From Adineta vaga (lineage: Eukaryota > Animalia > Rotifera), in assembly GCA_021613535.1 (NCBI GenBank), contig CP075494.1, positions 15,004,001 through 15,068,000 on the forward strand: DNA of 64,000 nucleotides, written 5' to 3'. Position numbers and translations under genes: made by a program. The notes under the pieces were generated by a model. That model was not told where the DNA came from and did not search any database. It worked only from the letters and a program-made list of their open reading frames with translations. Positions 14,064 through 26,506 of the stretch are shown here, piece by piece (within the stretch, counting starts at the first letter, position 1; every line of letters begins with the position of its first letter).

Positions 14064-15413
14064 AAGATCGGTTAATTTATAGACTTCGAATTGCTCGAAA
14101 TTATCTTACGTTGCTTTAATAAATGGATTTATTTTTTAGAAGATGTTGAATATATCATTGGAATAATACTAATGAACTTTTCATAATATTTAAAATCAAT
14201 AAATGATCACTTTCACGGTGTTTCTTTCGTGATCTGTTTAGAAAGGGGATATCTAGATATTGAACAAATATGCACATATAAATCAACAAATGGGTAATAA
14301 GTATCAGCATCAATATCTCAAGATAACTGTTCATATTGAATCAAAAGATTTCACTCAAATCCAAGATAAAAAACTCCCACATTAACGATACAATACATAT
14401 TTGTAACCAGATGGAAGTTTTCGGCGTTATTCAGAAAATTCTTCTTTTGTATATCGATGTGTAGTTTTGTTGTAAACAGACACTTTGATTCTTGTCTACT
14501 CTTCTCATTCGCACGATTATACTCGTTATCACCTGTATTGATGAAAGTACTTTCGACAAATAGGAAAAATGGATAATATGATGACGATGATGATGATAGA
14601 TGTAACGTTCAAAAAGAAAGACAGATTTCATCCTATAATTCAACTTCACATTCTACCTCCATCTCTATGAAGACCAGACGAGTGTCTTCTCTCATATGTC
14701 AAATAAAATATGAAATCGAAATAATTAATGGTCGTGCTATCACTATTTTTGATACAAAGATCTATAAAAATATGATACCTCTATTAAAATTGACTCTTTT
14801 GCAAAGCATATTTCGTCCTTACTTACTTTATGATGCATTTTATTATAAACTCTTAATGTCGTTGAGACAGCATATAGAACGAAAATAACAAAGAGAAATT
14901 GTTATCAAAGTCGTTAACTTTTCAAAATGTTGCTGTTTTATCAAATCTTTGTTTGAGAGAAAAGGGAACACATGACGTGTTCGGAAGATACCATTCGAGA
15001 AAAAGCACTATTCATGATGTTTTGGAAAATTTCGTTCAAGGATAAGATAAAAAATTCGTTTTAAAAAGTATATATATCATGTCTATAAGAATTATCAGTT
15101 ATATAGTATTATAATCGATACGCTTTTGTAGTATTTAACACACAAACAATTTTCTCGTTAATCAGTTTTACACCAACATCGTAGTATCTCGTTCAATAGT
15201 AAGTTTTAGAAAAAACTATAATAACTGAATTTTATATCGTTTTGTGTTTGTTGGGAAAAAGAAGTACCTAGTAAGAAGGAAATGTATTACTTGTTACCAT
15301 ACAACTATAGTATACTGATTTACATTTAATTATGGATCAATCGATTGAAATCGTTTCTTTCATTATACAATAAATTTCTCCTTAGGTTCCTACACGAGAA
15401 CGTCTTTCATTAA

Positions 15414-16293
15414 ATGGCAGCAAGAGGACACAACAATGGACATGGTGGACAAAATAGAGGTATAGGAGGTGTTCACAGGCTTCATGGTAAAGCAATTTGA
15501 TAAGTTTTTCGATAACTGCATTTAAAACTCCTTATAGGAAGACTCGGCACACCTCTTCATCCCCGTCTAAATGGAAAAGGCGTTGACGTGGACATCCCTG
15601 ATTTTGTAGGTCGATGCAAAAACGGCAATCGTTTCAATGTCGGAGATGATATAACTCGTAAGTTTTATCTGAGAGGATTTTCGAAAAGCATCGAGTGAAA
15701 GTTTTCTACGAAATGTTCAAAGATCTTCTTTGGCTTTTATTTAGGTCCAGATTTCTACGATAAAGAAGATCGAGCTGGCATTTCGCTTTCGCAAGTGAAT
15801 ATCTACCCGCATAAAAATGTCGGTATTACAGCTGATATTGGAAGAGCTGAGACTAGTAAGGATGGCTATGGAGTCAAATACAATGCTTGTGGATTTTCAG
15901 GGAATGTAGCACTTGGTCCAGTTGATGTACGTGTATCATTTACAAGTAGCTTTTCTAGAAGTTTTAATTTCTGTTCTATTAGATTGGTGCAAAGGTCGGA
16001 ACCGCAGAGGTTGGTGCCAAAGTTTGGGAACCGAGAGTTGGTCTAGATACAGGATTTAAAGCAAATGCTAGTTTCGCTGAAGCTCATTGGCATTTGTTAC
16101 TTCAAATGTGGGTGTAGGAAGTAAGTTGTTTATTTTGTCTAAATTTCCAATTGAAAAAAATTGTTTAGTTGATACGGGTGTGAAACTCGGAAAGGAGGGT
16201 GTTGGAGTTGAAGTACTCGGCACAGGTGTTCAGATCGGTCGCACGACAAAAGTTTCGTTGTTTGGATCGAGTGTCTCAATCAAATGGTTTTAG
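15414..16293 (+). CDS. Uncharacterised Gly/Val/Ala-rich beta-hairpin-like protein, 5 coding exons, apparent 1-nt frameshift ~16087
   Basis: GT-AG splicing gives MAARGHNNGHGG...ALGPVDIGAKVGTAEVGAK...; after a +1 correction the C-terminus reads GVGIDTGVKLGKEGVGVEVLGTGVQIGRTTKVSLFGSSVSIKWF. Confidence 0.65.
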
Positions 16294-16646
16294 TATTCTT
16301 TTATTTGACTTTGTAATCATTTTTTATGAGATTCTCTACTCCTGAATATTACTTGATATTATGTTTCCCTTTCTTTGTTTTCGCACATTGCTTTGTAATA
16401 ATAAATGCACTAAAAGATTGATTTCTAATGATATTTTAATAAATCTTTCCTTTTTGTTATTTTTTTTATTGTGAAAAAGAAGCGACAACATAATAGTGAC
16501 CTCTGACCTACATACTTCACTAGTGGTTCAATAACAACCCATTCAGAAAAGAGAAGAAGAACAGTCAAGTAAATAGATGACTGAATGAATATAAAAATTA
16601 ATCGATTCCTTCCATCTTCTAGTCGGTACACTACCTTTCCAAAGTC

Positions 16647-17344
16647 ATGATTCGTTTCATTCTTATTCAAAATCGAGCTGGCAAAACTCGTCTTGCTAAA
16701 TGGTATATTCATCTTGAAAAAAAAGATTCTTCCAAATATAGTTTCACATTGTTCTCATAGGTTTATGAACTTTCATGATGATGAAAAACAAAAATTAATC
16801 GAAGAAGTTCATGCTTTAGTTACTGTACGAGATGCTAAACATACAAAGTAAGTGATAAGATATTTTCAATTGATCTTCCAATTGTTTTTTCTTTTTCATT
16901 TAGTTTTGTCGAAGTAAGATAACAATTTTATCAATTCGATTTCTATACATTCGAAATATTTTAGTTTCGCAATTTTAAAATCGTCTATCGTCGTTATGCC
17001 GGTTTATATTTTTGTATATGTGTTGATGTCAATGATAATAATCTTGCATATCTTGAAGCAATACATAATTTCGTCGAAGTTCTTAATGAGTATGTAAATA
17101 TTAAATGTACAAATACTTTTATTGATCTTCTTTTTCAAGATTTTTCCATAATGTATGCGAACTTGATTTAGTCTTCAATTTTTACAAAGTATTTCCACGA
17201 TTTTTTTCTTTTTTCTTCTTAATATGTTTGTATTTGTTAAAGGTTTACTCAGTCGTCGATGAAATGTTCTTGGCTGGTGAAATTCGCGAAACAAGTCAAA
17301 TCAAAGTTTTAAAACAATTAACTACTTTAACATCCCTCGAATAA
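16647..17344 (+). CDS. AP2S1: AP-2 complex subunit sigma
   Basis: [19 protein letters not shown]...[28 protein letters not shown]...[28 protein letters not shown]; contains a 10-nt microexon 16904-16913. Confidence 0.96.
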
Positions 17345-17499
17345 TCTATACAATTGATTTCCAGAAGAAAACAAATATTCTTTTTTTTGATCTCTTTACT
17401 AAATAGATATGATATAAATTGTCTTATTGATTTAATAAAATATATTCGATGATTTTCAGATGTATTGAATTTGAAATTAATTAACGTGATTGTGATAAC

Positions 17500-17849
17500 A
17501 TGAGTCGAAAGAATGATATTGGAAATGCAACATCAACAGTGGATCAATATCGCAAACAATTAGGTTTGTATTCCATTGATATGTGTGATTTTAATGAATT
17601 CGTTTTTTTTCCCATAGGTCGACAAGAAAAAAAGGTTGTCATGGAACGTCGAAGAGAATTCAAACGAATAAAATCCGAAAAGGAAACTGTTTCCTATTGG
17701 AAGGTACGAATTTTCTCAAATTTGACAACCTCAACTTCATTTTTTATTCGATTTAGAATATTATATGGACACTTGGTGCTGTTTTATTTATAGTCTTTAT
17801 TATATACATTTCATTTATGTATCTTTTAACTCCAAAAGATATGTTATGA
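17500..17849 (+). CDS. TRIQK: Triple QxxK/R motif-containing protein (tail-anchored)
   Basis: Three exons: MSRKND...VDQYRKQL/GRQEKK matches the TRIQK VDQYRKQIGKQD motif; C-terminal TM IIWTLGAVLFIVFIIYISFMYLL. Confidence 0.8.
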
Positions 17850-17969
17850 ACAACATGAAGCATTTTAATAAGTTTCTGGTGTTTTTGAATATTTATTGTT
17901 AACTTTGTTTTTTTTTCGGTTTTTGTGAAATAATGATTTCTTTTTAAAAGAAGAAAAACTTGTTTATAG

Positions 17970-19103
17970 ATGTTTTCGAAAAATTTATTAACCGAAATAT
18001 TTCGTATACGATATCCAATCATTCAAGCACCGATGTCTCCTTTAACAACACCGGAACTTGTGGCGAATGTATCAAATGCAGGTGGCATGGGTACCATAGC
18101 AGCAGCAAGAATGACTGGTGAACAATTAACGAATGAAATACATCGTGTACGATTATTAACAGATAAACCATTTGGTGTTAATTTGTTTATTCCACCGAAA
18201 AAATCAGAAATAGCGTCGGAAATTATGGATTCTGTACGAAAACAATTAAAAGAATTGATAAATGAAAAGAGATTGACTGATTGTAATATTGATATTGATT
18301 CACTTCCAGTAAATTCACCAAAAGATCTTTTTCCTGAACAAATTGATGTAATTTTAAAAGAAAGAATCGCTGCTCTTTCATTTACATTCGGATATTTATC
18401 GAATGATATTGTAAACAAATGTAAACAATTAGGTATTCGTTTAATTGGAACAGCCACAACAGCAAAAGAAGCAGTTTTCCTGAAAGAAACAGGATGTGAT
18501 GCTGTTTGCTTACAAGGTTCAGAAGCTGGTGGTCATCGAGGAAGTTTTCTTACAACTGATACTGAAACAATTGAACAATCGACCATTGGTTTACAATCTC
18601 TTCTTTCACAAACAACGCAATTCATTGATTCAACTTCATATCCATTAATTGCTGCTGGCGGAATTATGGATGGAGCGGGTTTAGTTAATGTATTAACATC
18701 AGGTGCATCAGGTGTGCAAATGGGTACACGATTTTTAACATGTCATGAAAGTAAAAAACTTGTTCCGGAATCTCATCGAAGATTGTTATTAGAAGCTAAA
18801 AATGATATTCATCAGCTTCGTCCAACTGTCCTCACTCGTGCTTATACAGGTAAACCAGCACGTGGAATACGAACTGCTATTACTGATCTATTTCATCTGA
18901 ATGAAAATCAAATATTACCATGGCAATATCAAGCTCAACTTGTACTACCTTTGTGTAAATATGCTGCTGAAAGTAAACAAATCGATTTTATGCAATTATG
19001 GGCTGGACAAAATTATGCACGTTGTGAAGATCAATCAGCTGCTGAAATTATTCATCAAGTTATTGAAGAAGCTCATAATATATTAAACGCATCTAAGACT
19101 TAG
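17970..19103 (+). CDS. Nitronate monooxygenase (2-nitropropane dioxygenase family), intronless, HGT candidate
   Basis: PIIQAPM, VSNAGGMG, PFGVNLF, QGSEAGGHRG, IAAGGIMDG, VQMGTRF, TRAYTGKPARG, WAGQ. Confidence 0.93.
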   Translation: MFSKNLLTEIFRIRYPIIQAPMSPLTTPELVANVSNAGGMGTIAAARMTGEQLTNEIHRVRLLTDKPFGVNLFIPPKKSEIASEIMDSVRKQLKELINEKRLTDCNIDIDSLPVNSPKDLFPEQIDVILKERIAALSFTFGYLSNDIVNKCKQLGIRLIGTATTAKEAVFLKETGCDAVCLQGSEAGGHRGSFLTTDTETIEQSTIGLQSLLSQTTQFIDSTSYPLIAAGGIMDGAGLVNVLTSGASGVQMGTRFLTCHESKKLVPESHRRLLLEAKNDIHQLRPTVLTRAYTGKPARGIRTAITDLFHLNENQILPWQYQAQLVLPLCKYAAESKQIDFMQLWAGQNYARCEDQSAAEIIHQVIEEAHNILNASKT

Positions 19104-19414
19104 ATAATTTGGGAGGCAGTGTTCTAATAATTGATATTCATGATCAGCACATTCGATTTCTTCACTAAACATTGATTTTATTCGAATAAAACGGAAATGT
19201 ATGTTGAGTTATGTCATTTTACTCGTATTTTAATGATTATTCAAATGCTGATGGTCACATATGATTAGATGAAGAAATTCTCACTTTCTCATTTTTTTAT
19301 AGTTTGCACATGTTGCCGAAACGAAAAATGATATATTTTTGAAAATTATAAATGAATTTATTTGTTTCTATTAAGAAAAGAAAAGCAATAGATTTTACAA
19401 GCGATGTATAAGAC

Positions 19415-21741
19415 TTAGATAATCTGTAAACGATGTGCACGTTGTTCAGATATAATGATTCGATTCTTTTTACATAATAAAATATCATACGGACCATTAA
19501 AACCAATTTTTGAATGAAGTAATTCACTTTTACTAAAATCGTGATTAAATATCATCACACGATTATTTCCTTCGTCACAAACATATAATTTTTCCGTTAT
19601 TGTATCATATGCTAAACCTAATGGATGTAAAAATTCACCTAAATGTTTTCCACGTTGACCAATCGATAGTAAATGTTCTCCATCGCAACTAAATATTTGT
19701 ATTCGATCATTTCCCCAATCGGAAACAGCTAAACGATCTCCATTTAACATACAAATACAAGCTGGACATTTCAATTTTCCATTCTCATTTCCAAGTCCAC
19801 CCCAAGCAAAAAGAAATTGTCCTTGTTCATTATATTTCATGATTCGATGACTACCAGCATCACATACAAAGATCAAATTCTGTTCATTCGTACATAAATC
19901 ACATGGAGCAGAATATTGTTCAATCTTATCATGACCATATTCACCAATAAGACGAAGTAATTTAAAATCACGATTGAAGACTTTAATACGACGTTCGGAT
20001 TGATCAATAAGATAAAGTCGAGATTTGGAATCAATATGAATTGCATAAGGATTACGAAAACGATGTTCATCTTTGTCATCTATTGATTTACAGACATGTT
20101 GAAATACACCATCGATATTATAGGTAACTAAACGATTGTTATATATATCACATACATCTAAAAGAAAAACAATCGATACGAAAGAAAAATTTTACTACGA
20201 AATTGTATTACAAATTAATTGTTCTTGTTTAGAATAAGCTAATGATGATGGATGAATAAATTCTGTATTTCGTGTTCCTCGTCGACCAATTGTACGTGGT
20301 GTTCGTTTATGGTTTTGTAATGGTAAACAAAATCGATTTCCATTATATAATGTTGGATTCGATACATCTTTCTGCTCTTGTGATAGATCATTTTCGTGAT
20401 TGTCAACTTGTTTTTTACATACATTTTTCAATGAAGAAAGTTGAATACTACTTTGAATAGGTTCTAATTCCATGCCAATTTCCAGAAAACCCAAGGAAAT
20501 AGCATCGAATGATATATCTTGATTATAAAATGAAATCTATTGTACGAATAAGGAATATTGTATGGATGTAATTCTTGTTGTTAGAAGACTTACACGACGA
20601 TGTGGTGTTCGAATGATAAGAATTTGATTTTGAAGTTCATTTATAGTCACAAATGAATCTTCACATTTCTGTCGGATATCAATAGCTTCTTCATCGGTTT
20701 CTTTCTTTCTAAAAGGAATGAAGAGTACTATGAATTTACAGAATCATCTGATCATCGAACTCGCGTAATTTTTCTTGCGATGTTGAACAGAATGTTTTGA
20801 TATTTGTTAGATTTTCAAGACGACTATTCTTATCTTTAACTAATCTTTAAGAAAAGAAAAGAAAAGAAACAATTAATAAATCAAACATACTATCACAAAT
20901 TCTTACTTTTGTTCAGAATTATGAAATTCTCGTACATTAAGTAATAGTTTACTTTCCTCCTGTTTGATCTTTTCAATTAATTCAATAACTTTCTCTTGTA
21001 TCGTACGAATAATATCATTTGATTGGCGAATATTTTCTTCATGAATTTTAATATTTTCCACTAAGAATCTTCTACTTAGAAAAACAATTCTACAAATCAT
21101 TTCATAATTTACCTTCTTTGGCAATTAATTTCTCTGTTTCTTGTTGTGTTTCATTTAATTTCAAACAAATATATTTACAAAATTCTTCATAATGTTGTTG
21201 ACGACATTTATAACAAATGGCTTCTCGACAATGTTCACATACCTAACACACAACTCATTGAAATCTCATTAAAAGAAATCGTAATCATTACTGTGATTGT
21301 ATCATCCAATTTACAAAGAGCACATTTCGCTTGAAGCATTGGTCGTAATTCACTATGGGAAAGACTTTCAAGTAAATTGACAATTGTTCGATTAACTTCA
21401 AGTGAACCAATACCAGCAAATGGTACACGATAACAACCCCGACAAACAGGACCTAAGAAAACAAAAGAACTATTGAACAAACACAATATTGACATAATGA
21501 AATAATTCTTACATCGACCCCAACGATCTTCAGTAATTCGGCCGAGACATGATTTACAAAATGTATGTTGACAAGGTAATTGTAATGGTTCACGAAAGAT
21601 TTCCAAACAAATTGGACTAGAATAAATTGAAAAGATGAATTATTAATATTGTACACAAACTTACCAGGTAACTAATTGAAGAATAGGTTTTGAATTATAA
21701 TTTGATTTGACTGTATTCGAACTGTTAGTAATGTCTGACAT
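19415..21741 (-). CDS. TRIM-NHL protein (RING, B-box-like, coiled coil, NHL repeats)
   Basis: CPICLEIFREPLQLPCQHTFCKSCL RING; coiled-coil exon; NHL repeats (VCDAGSHRI, VSDWGNDRIQIF, GEFLHPLGLA, VCDEGNNRV). Confidence 0.88.
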
Positions 21742-22794
21742 AACCTGAAAGGAAAAAAGAAAAGTTTAACCTTAAGACAATCTCGCTTTTGCTTCAGTTT
21801 TGATAATAAAAGAACAATGTATATATATATATATACATCGGATATGATGGTTAGAGAAAGCCCCTTTGTATTCATCCTCTGCAGGTGGTTATGAGAGAAG
21901 GAATAACCTTTAAATACTAGTAACGATTCATCATCAAGTTAAAATAGTTCACATATACGAGAAAAGAAATGATTTATTTGAACTATTATAATTATACATA
22001 CGATTAAAAGTACCAGCTGGCATTACACTTTTCTTTCTTTCCTATGTTTTGATGTATGTACTTATTCGACCGATTAAATCAAATGAATGTTTGTAATGGC
22101 AAGTCGAAGATTAGATCAGAAGTATTTCTGTTATGATTATGTAATGTATAAAAGAAAGAAGATGAGAGAGTTATATTCGATGGATGTAGTAAATGTCTAA
22201 TTTCTTATGAGAAAAGTTCGTATGAATAAATTTATAAAGAAAAAGATTTTTTTTCAATTGAAATTTCAATGGTAAACTTAAGAATGTTAATTAGATGCAC
22301 GAACCTTCTTTTTTTTTAAACATTCGCTGGGTCGTTTTTTATTTTCACTTACTTAGATTGTTTTATAGAATGAAAAAAGTAATGTCTATATTCAATGAAT
22401 CAAAAGATAATTTCGTACAGACATAAAGAATACAAACAGACGAATAAACATTCTCGAGTCTTTTCTCTTTCTTTTCATTGTTTTCAATTGATAAGAGGGT
22501 TATAAGTATGCATGATACGTGATCATATGTATCAAGATATTCAATTGAAAATGATGTTGATGGGAATTTTTTAGATTGAAGATAACATTGCTTGTTGATA
22601 GGTTTATAATCAATAGAAAGACAAAGCTAAGAATCAAAACGAACAATACTCCTAAGAGAATATTATTCGTCTTTTTTTTACTATTAACTAATTTTTGCGA
22701 GAAGATTTTTTATTTTATTCGATCAATTATTTGCGAGTAGATGCATTGAATTTTTACATATCATATGCTCACATTTTCAATACAATTCTTTTGT

Positions 22795-24364
22795 TTATAA
22801 TTGTACTTGTAATAATCGTTCTTGTTCAGATGCATAATGAAATTGTGATTCATCATCTATTGTTAAATTTTCATCTGTAACTAAAATTTCAAAAATTTGA
22901 GAATAAATCGAGTTCAATGAATATATTTACTTTCAGTATTTGATCCAAGTTCAAATGATGAATTGTGAATACGAGTATATTCATAATTATCATCAAATCG
23001 TCGATGTTTACGTTGAATTTTCGAATGTAAACATAAGGAAAGACTGAGTATAAAACATACGAATATACTGAGAAAGAAAATGGCATAGAGAAGATTTATT
23101 TTCGATCGATTCCAAGATAAATTCAACTCGAGAATTTTATCCATCTGAAATAGAAAGTTGAGTATTTTCTAAAAAAAAGAATTTGAACAATCGAACATAC
23201 GGAATTAATGAATGGAAATCTTTGTGAAAGATTTCTTGAACGACAAATTCGTTTCGATTTCATCGATTGATATGAGGATAGAAAAGATATTCTTTTAAAA
23301 GAGAAAAAAAGAAAAACCTTTAAAAATATTGATAAAGAACATTTGAATTTGACTTACTGTGATATATTTCCATTGCATTGATATTCTAATCGATCAAAAA
23401 CATCATCCAATGAGGGACAATCGAATGAACAACTATCAAAATCGATTGAAGTATCATCATAACATCTCTACAGATTTTGAAATAATGAAATTAACTAACT
23501 TTATAATGACATTATTACCTGAAATTGTGGCCAATATGCATAAAATATATGAAGAAAATACACAATTTCTTCAATACATTCATTTGAATTCCATTGTTCT
23601 TGTACGTGATACAATGAACATAACATGGAGGATAATTTCAATGTTGGATTACTAATATTCTACATATGAAAATAAAAGATTTAACATAAATCATTATTTC
23701 ATATATTTCTACCTGATTTATCGATGATGAACATGAATTTATGAATGTTAATAATCGAGAATGACATTGTTCTAATGCACAAAATGATTCTCCACGTTTT
23801 CGTATGACACTATACGCAAAATCAATATCATCTTGTGTTAAATTTCCTAAACACCATTCCGCAATTGAACAAGAATTAGTTAATTTTGTAACCATCGTTC
23901 GATTAATTAATGAATCATAGATATTTCCCAATGTTTGAAAACGTACAAACGGTTGTCGAACTAATAGATTTGTATGATTATCAATAGAATATATTTCACA
24001 TATATCGTTTAATTTCAATGATAAATCACATTGGTCAATTCGTCGAAGAATTTCAGTATTACGATATGAATTCAGTTGATCGACTAAAGATTTTGTAGAT
24101 ACTGTAGTGAATGCATTGTTGGCCGAGAAAGTTGGTAATGAGGTTGAAGTTGTATTCATATTGATTGATGAAGATTCATTGGAAACGGAAGTGTTTACAT
24201 TAATATATTCATCTAGACATATGAAATTTCGAACTTATTCTATTCTTCTCAACGTACTTACCATGTTTTATATTATCGAGATGTGTACTGAATGAATCCA
24301 TGATAAGAATCAATGAGATCATCAACAGTAGAATTTGGTTGAGAAAAAACTTCGTATATATCAT
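22795..24364 (-). CDS. Uncharacterised Cys-rich type I membrane protein
   Basis: Signal-like N-terminus MIYTKFFLNQILLLMISLILI, Cys-rich exons, TM LLYAIFFLSIFVCFILSLSLCL, acidic tail; spliced model built by eye. Confidence 0.6.
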
Positions 24365-24934
24365 CGTTTCAGTGACAAAAATTTAATATTAACATTTTCT
24401 TTTATGAAAATATATATTTCTGCATAATCAATCGCGCCAGCTGTTCTCAGGAGGAGAAAAAAAGCGAAATATGTATGAGATATTAATCATTTCCGTTTGT
24501 CTTCAAACGAACCGCATAATTCGTTGGTATTGTTAACATCGTTCCATTTCGAAAGAATAGAAATATGCACTTCACTTCGAAATTGATTATTAATCTTTCA
24601 CAAGAATAGAAACATTATGTAAAACACGGAAGGAAATGAACGATTGTTGTTCAAAAGTAAAGTGTTCACGTTTTTCTTTTCTACGAAGAAAAATATATTG
24701 ATAGGTCATTATTTCTGCTAAGTGAATTTTACAAGATAGACGTAGTTATTGTCACATTTACATGCAGATGTTTGTTTCCAGGTGCCTCATGCTATCATCA
24801 AGACAATGTGCTAATAATAGTGTGTGATTTTTTTTAATTCACTGAAAAAAAAAGAGAAAGAAACTCATATACAACAGAACAATAGAATGTATGTGCGCGT
24901 GTGTTTTGTTTTTTTTCGTTCCTTTTCATTGCTG

Positions 24935-26506
24935 TCAATAAGGTAATGAAGGTGAAAGAGTTGTCGATGCTGTGCTTGTTCCTGATAAACCTCCAGTGCC
25001 AGTTGATGTTGTACTTGCAGGTGGACTAACCCAATAGGATGGAGGAAGATATGGATTTGGTGTGGAAAAATTCGCGGTATAATCGTATGGATTTGAATAA
25101 TTCCAACAATTTGTATAGGCAGTTGAAGCAACAGCAGCGGCTGCTGTTGGATGATGATGATGATGATGATGTGGCATATGAACGGCTGATGTTGTTGCGG
25201 CTGCTGAACTCAATGCTGTCCATTTGAAATAAGCAGCATGTGATGAACGCATCATTTCTTGTTGATATTTTGTATAAGGTGATTCAGGTAATTGTGGTTG
25301 ATTTAATTGATGTAAACCATTGAAATCAAATTTATACGCATAACGTTTACCATGAACTTTTGTCATAATATTTTTATCATAATAATAACGTAATGCACGA
25401 GATAATTTATCATAATTCATATTTGGTTTTGATTTACGTTCACCCCAACGGCGTGCAACTTCATCGGGATCAATTAATTTAAATTCTCCATTCGAACCTT
25501 CCCATCCAATGATATTCGAATTTGCATTCGTATCAGATAAAAGTTCAAGAAGAAATTGCCATAACTGTATTTGACCTGTACCTTTAAAATAGATAATTTG
25601 AAAACCTATTTCTTTGATAATTCTATAAACATACCAGTTGTTCCACTACCAAATCGATGAGAATTATGTGGAAAAAATGATTGACTAGAAAATGATGAAT
25701 AAGAATCTAAAAACAAAGGAATATGAGCTCTTTTTTTTCTCTCTTTTGATCTATTTTACCTCTTAATCCATGCGATGATTCCGATTTCACCATAGATGAC
25801 CATGATGATGACTGTTGTTGTTGTTGTTGTTGTTGTTGCTGTTGTTGACCTGAATTCGAATTATTGACCGTATTTCCACGTCCTGATCCATTATCATAAT
25901 CATGTTTAAGACGGGAATCACCCCCCGCATTGGTTGATGATGTTGACGATGAAGTTGATGACGGCGTTGCTGTTGTATGATAACCAACTAGAATTATATG
26001 AACAAAAAGTTTAACTAGTGAAACATATGGTCATGATAAGTTAAAATTTTGTTATATCATCTTCTTTATTTGCACTAATCTTTTCTCAACACTTGAAAAT
26101 AAAGTAATCATTAAAGATAAATACAGTTTTTTCTTCTTCAAATATTTTTCTTTCATGATGTTCGGAACAAACTATAGAGAACACTTACAACTATTGGAAA
26201 TGTTTGAAATCGTATCGTTAAGACCTAACGATGCCCATGCATGTTTCGATGATTCTATAAAAAAATAAGATTTGTTATATAGAGAGACAAGTAACGATAT
26301 TAGTTTCTAATAACTAGAACGAGACAAACTGATGCTATCGTTTTTCTTTCTTCTGTTATTTTTTCTTTTTCTCCTTGTTGTTTTTTTTTTTTGAAAACGG
26401 AAAAACTTCGATTCCTGTTCGTGCGTAGATGAACGCATCGACTGAGTCGAAGGCGGACGGAAATCTTGGCTTCCTTACAATGAGCGAATCGCTTACCAGT
26501 GAGCAT
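24935..26506 (-). CDS. ETS transcription factor, ERG/FLI1/FEV subfamily
   Basis: [15 protein letters not shown]...[61 protein letters not shown]; poly-Q and poly-H regions; no PNT domain seen; start MLT/ESSK at 26506. Confidence 0.93.

Noticed and set aside
18023-18457. Antisense and overlapping ORFs (also 48647-48994, 57926-58192, 9450-9821)
   Set aside because: Shadows of real genes on the other strand
17970-19103. Bacterial contamination as the source of the foreign-looking genes
   Set aside because: Same base composition as the flanks, contiguous with intron-rich metazoan genes, and several foreign-type genes carry spliceosomal introns; read-level confirmation is still needed
19873-20079. 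Apparent frameshift in the NHL region of the TRIM gene
   Set aside because: The reading frame continues upstream of 19876 without a stop; the ORF track simply starts at the first TTG
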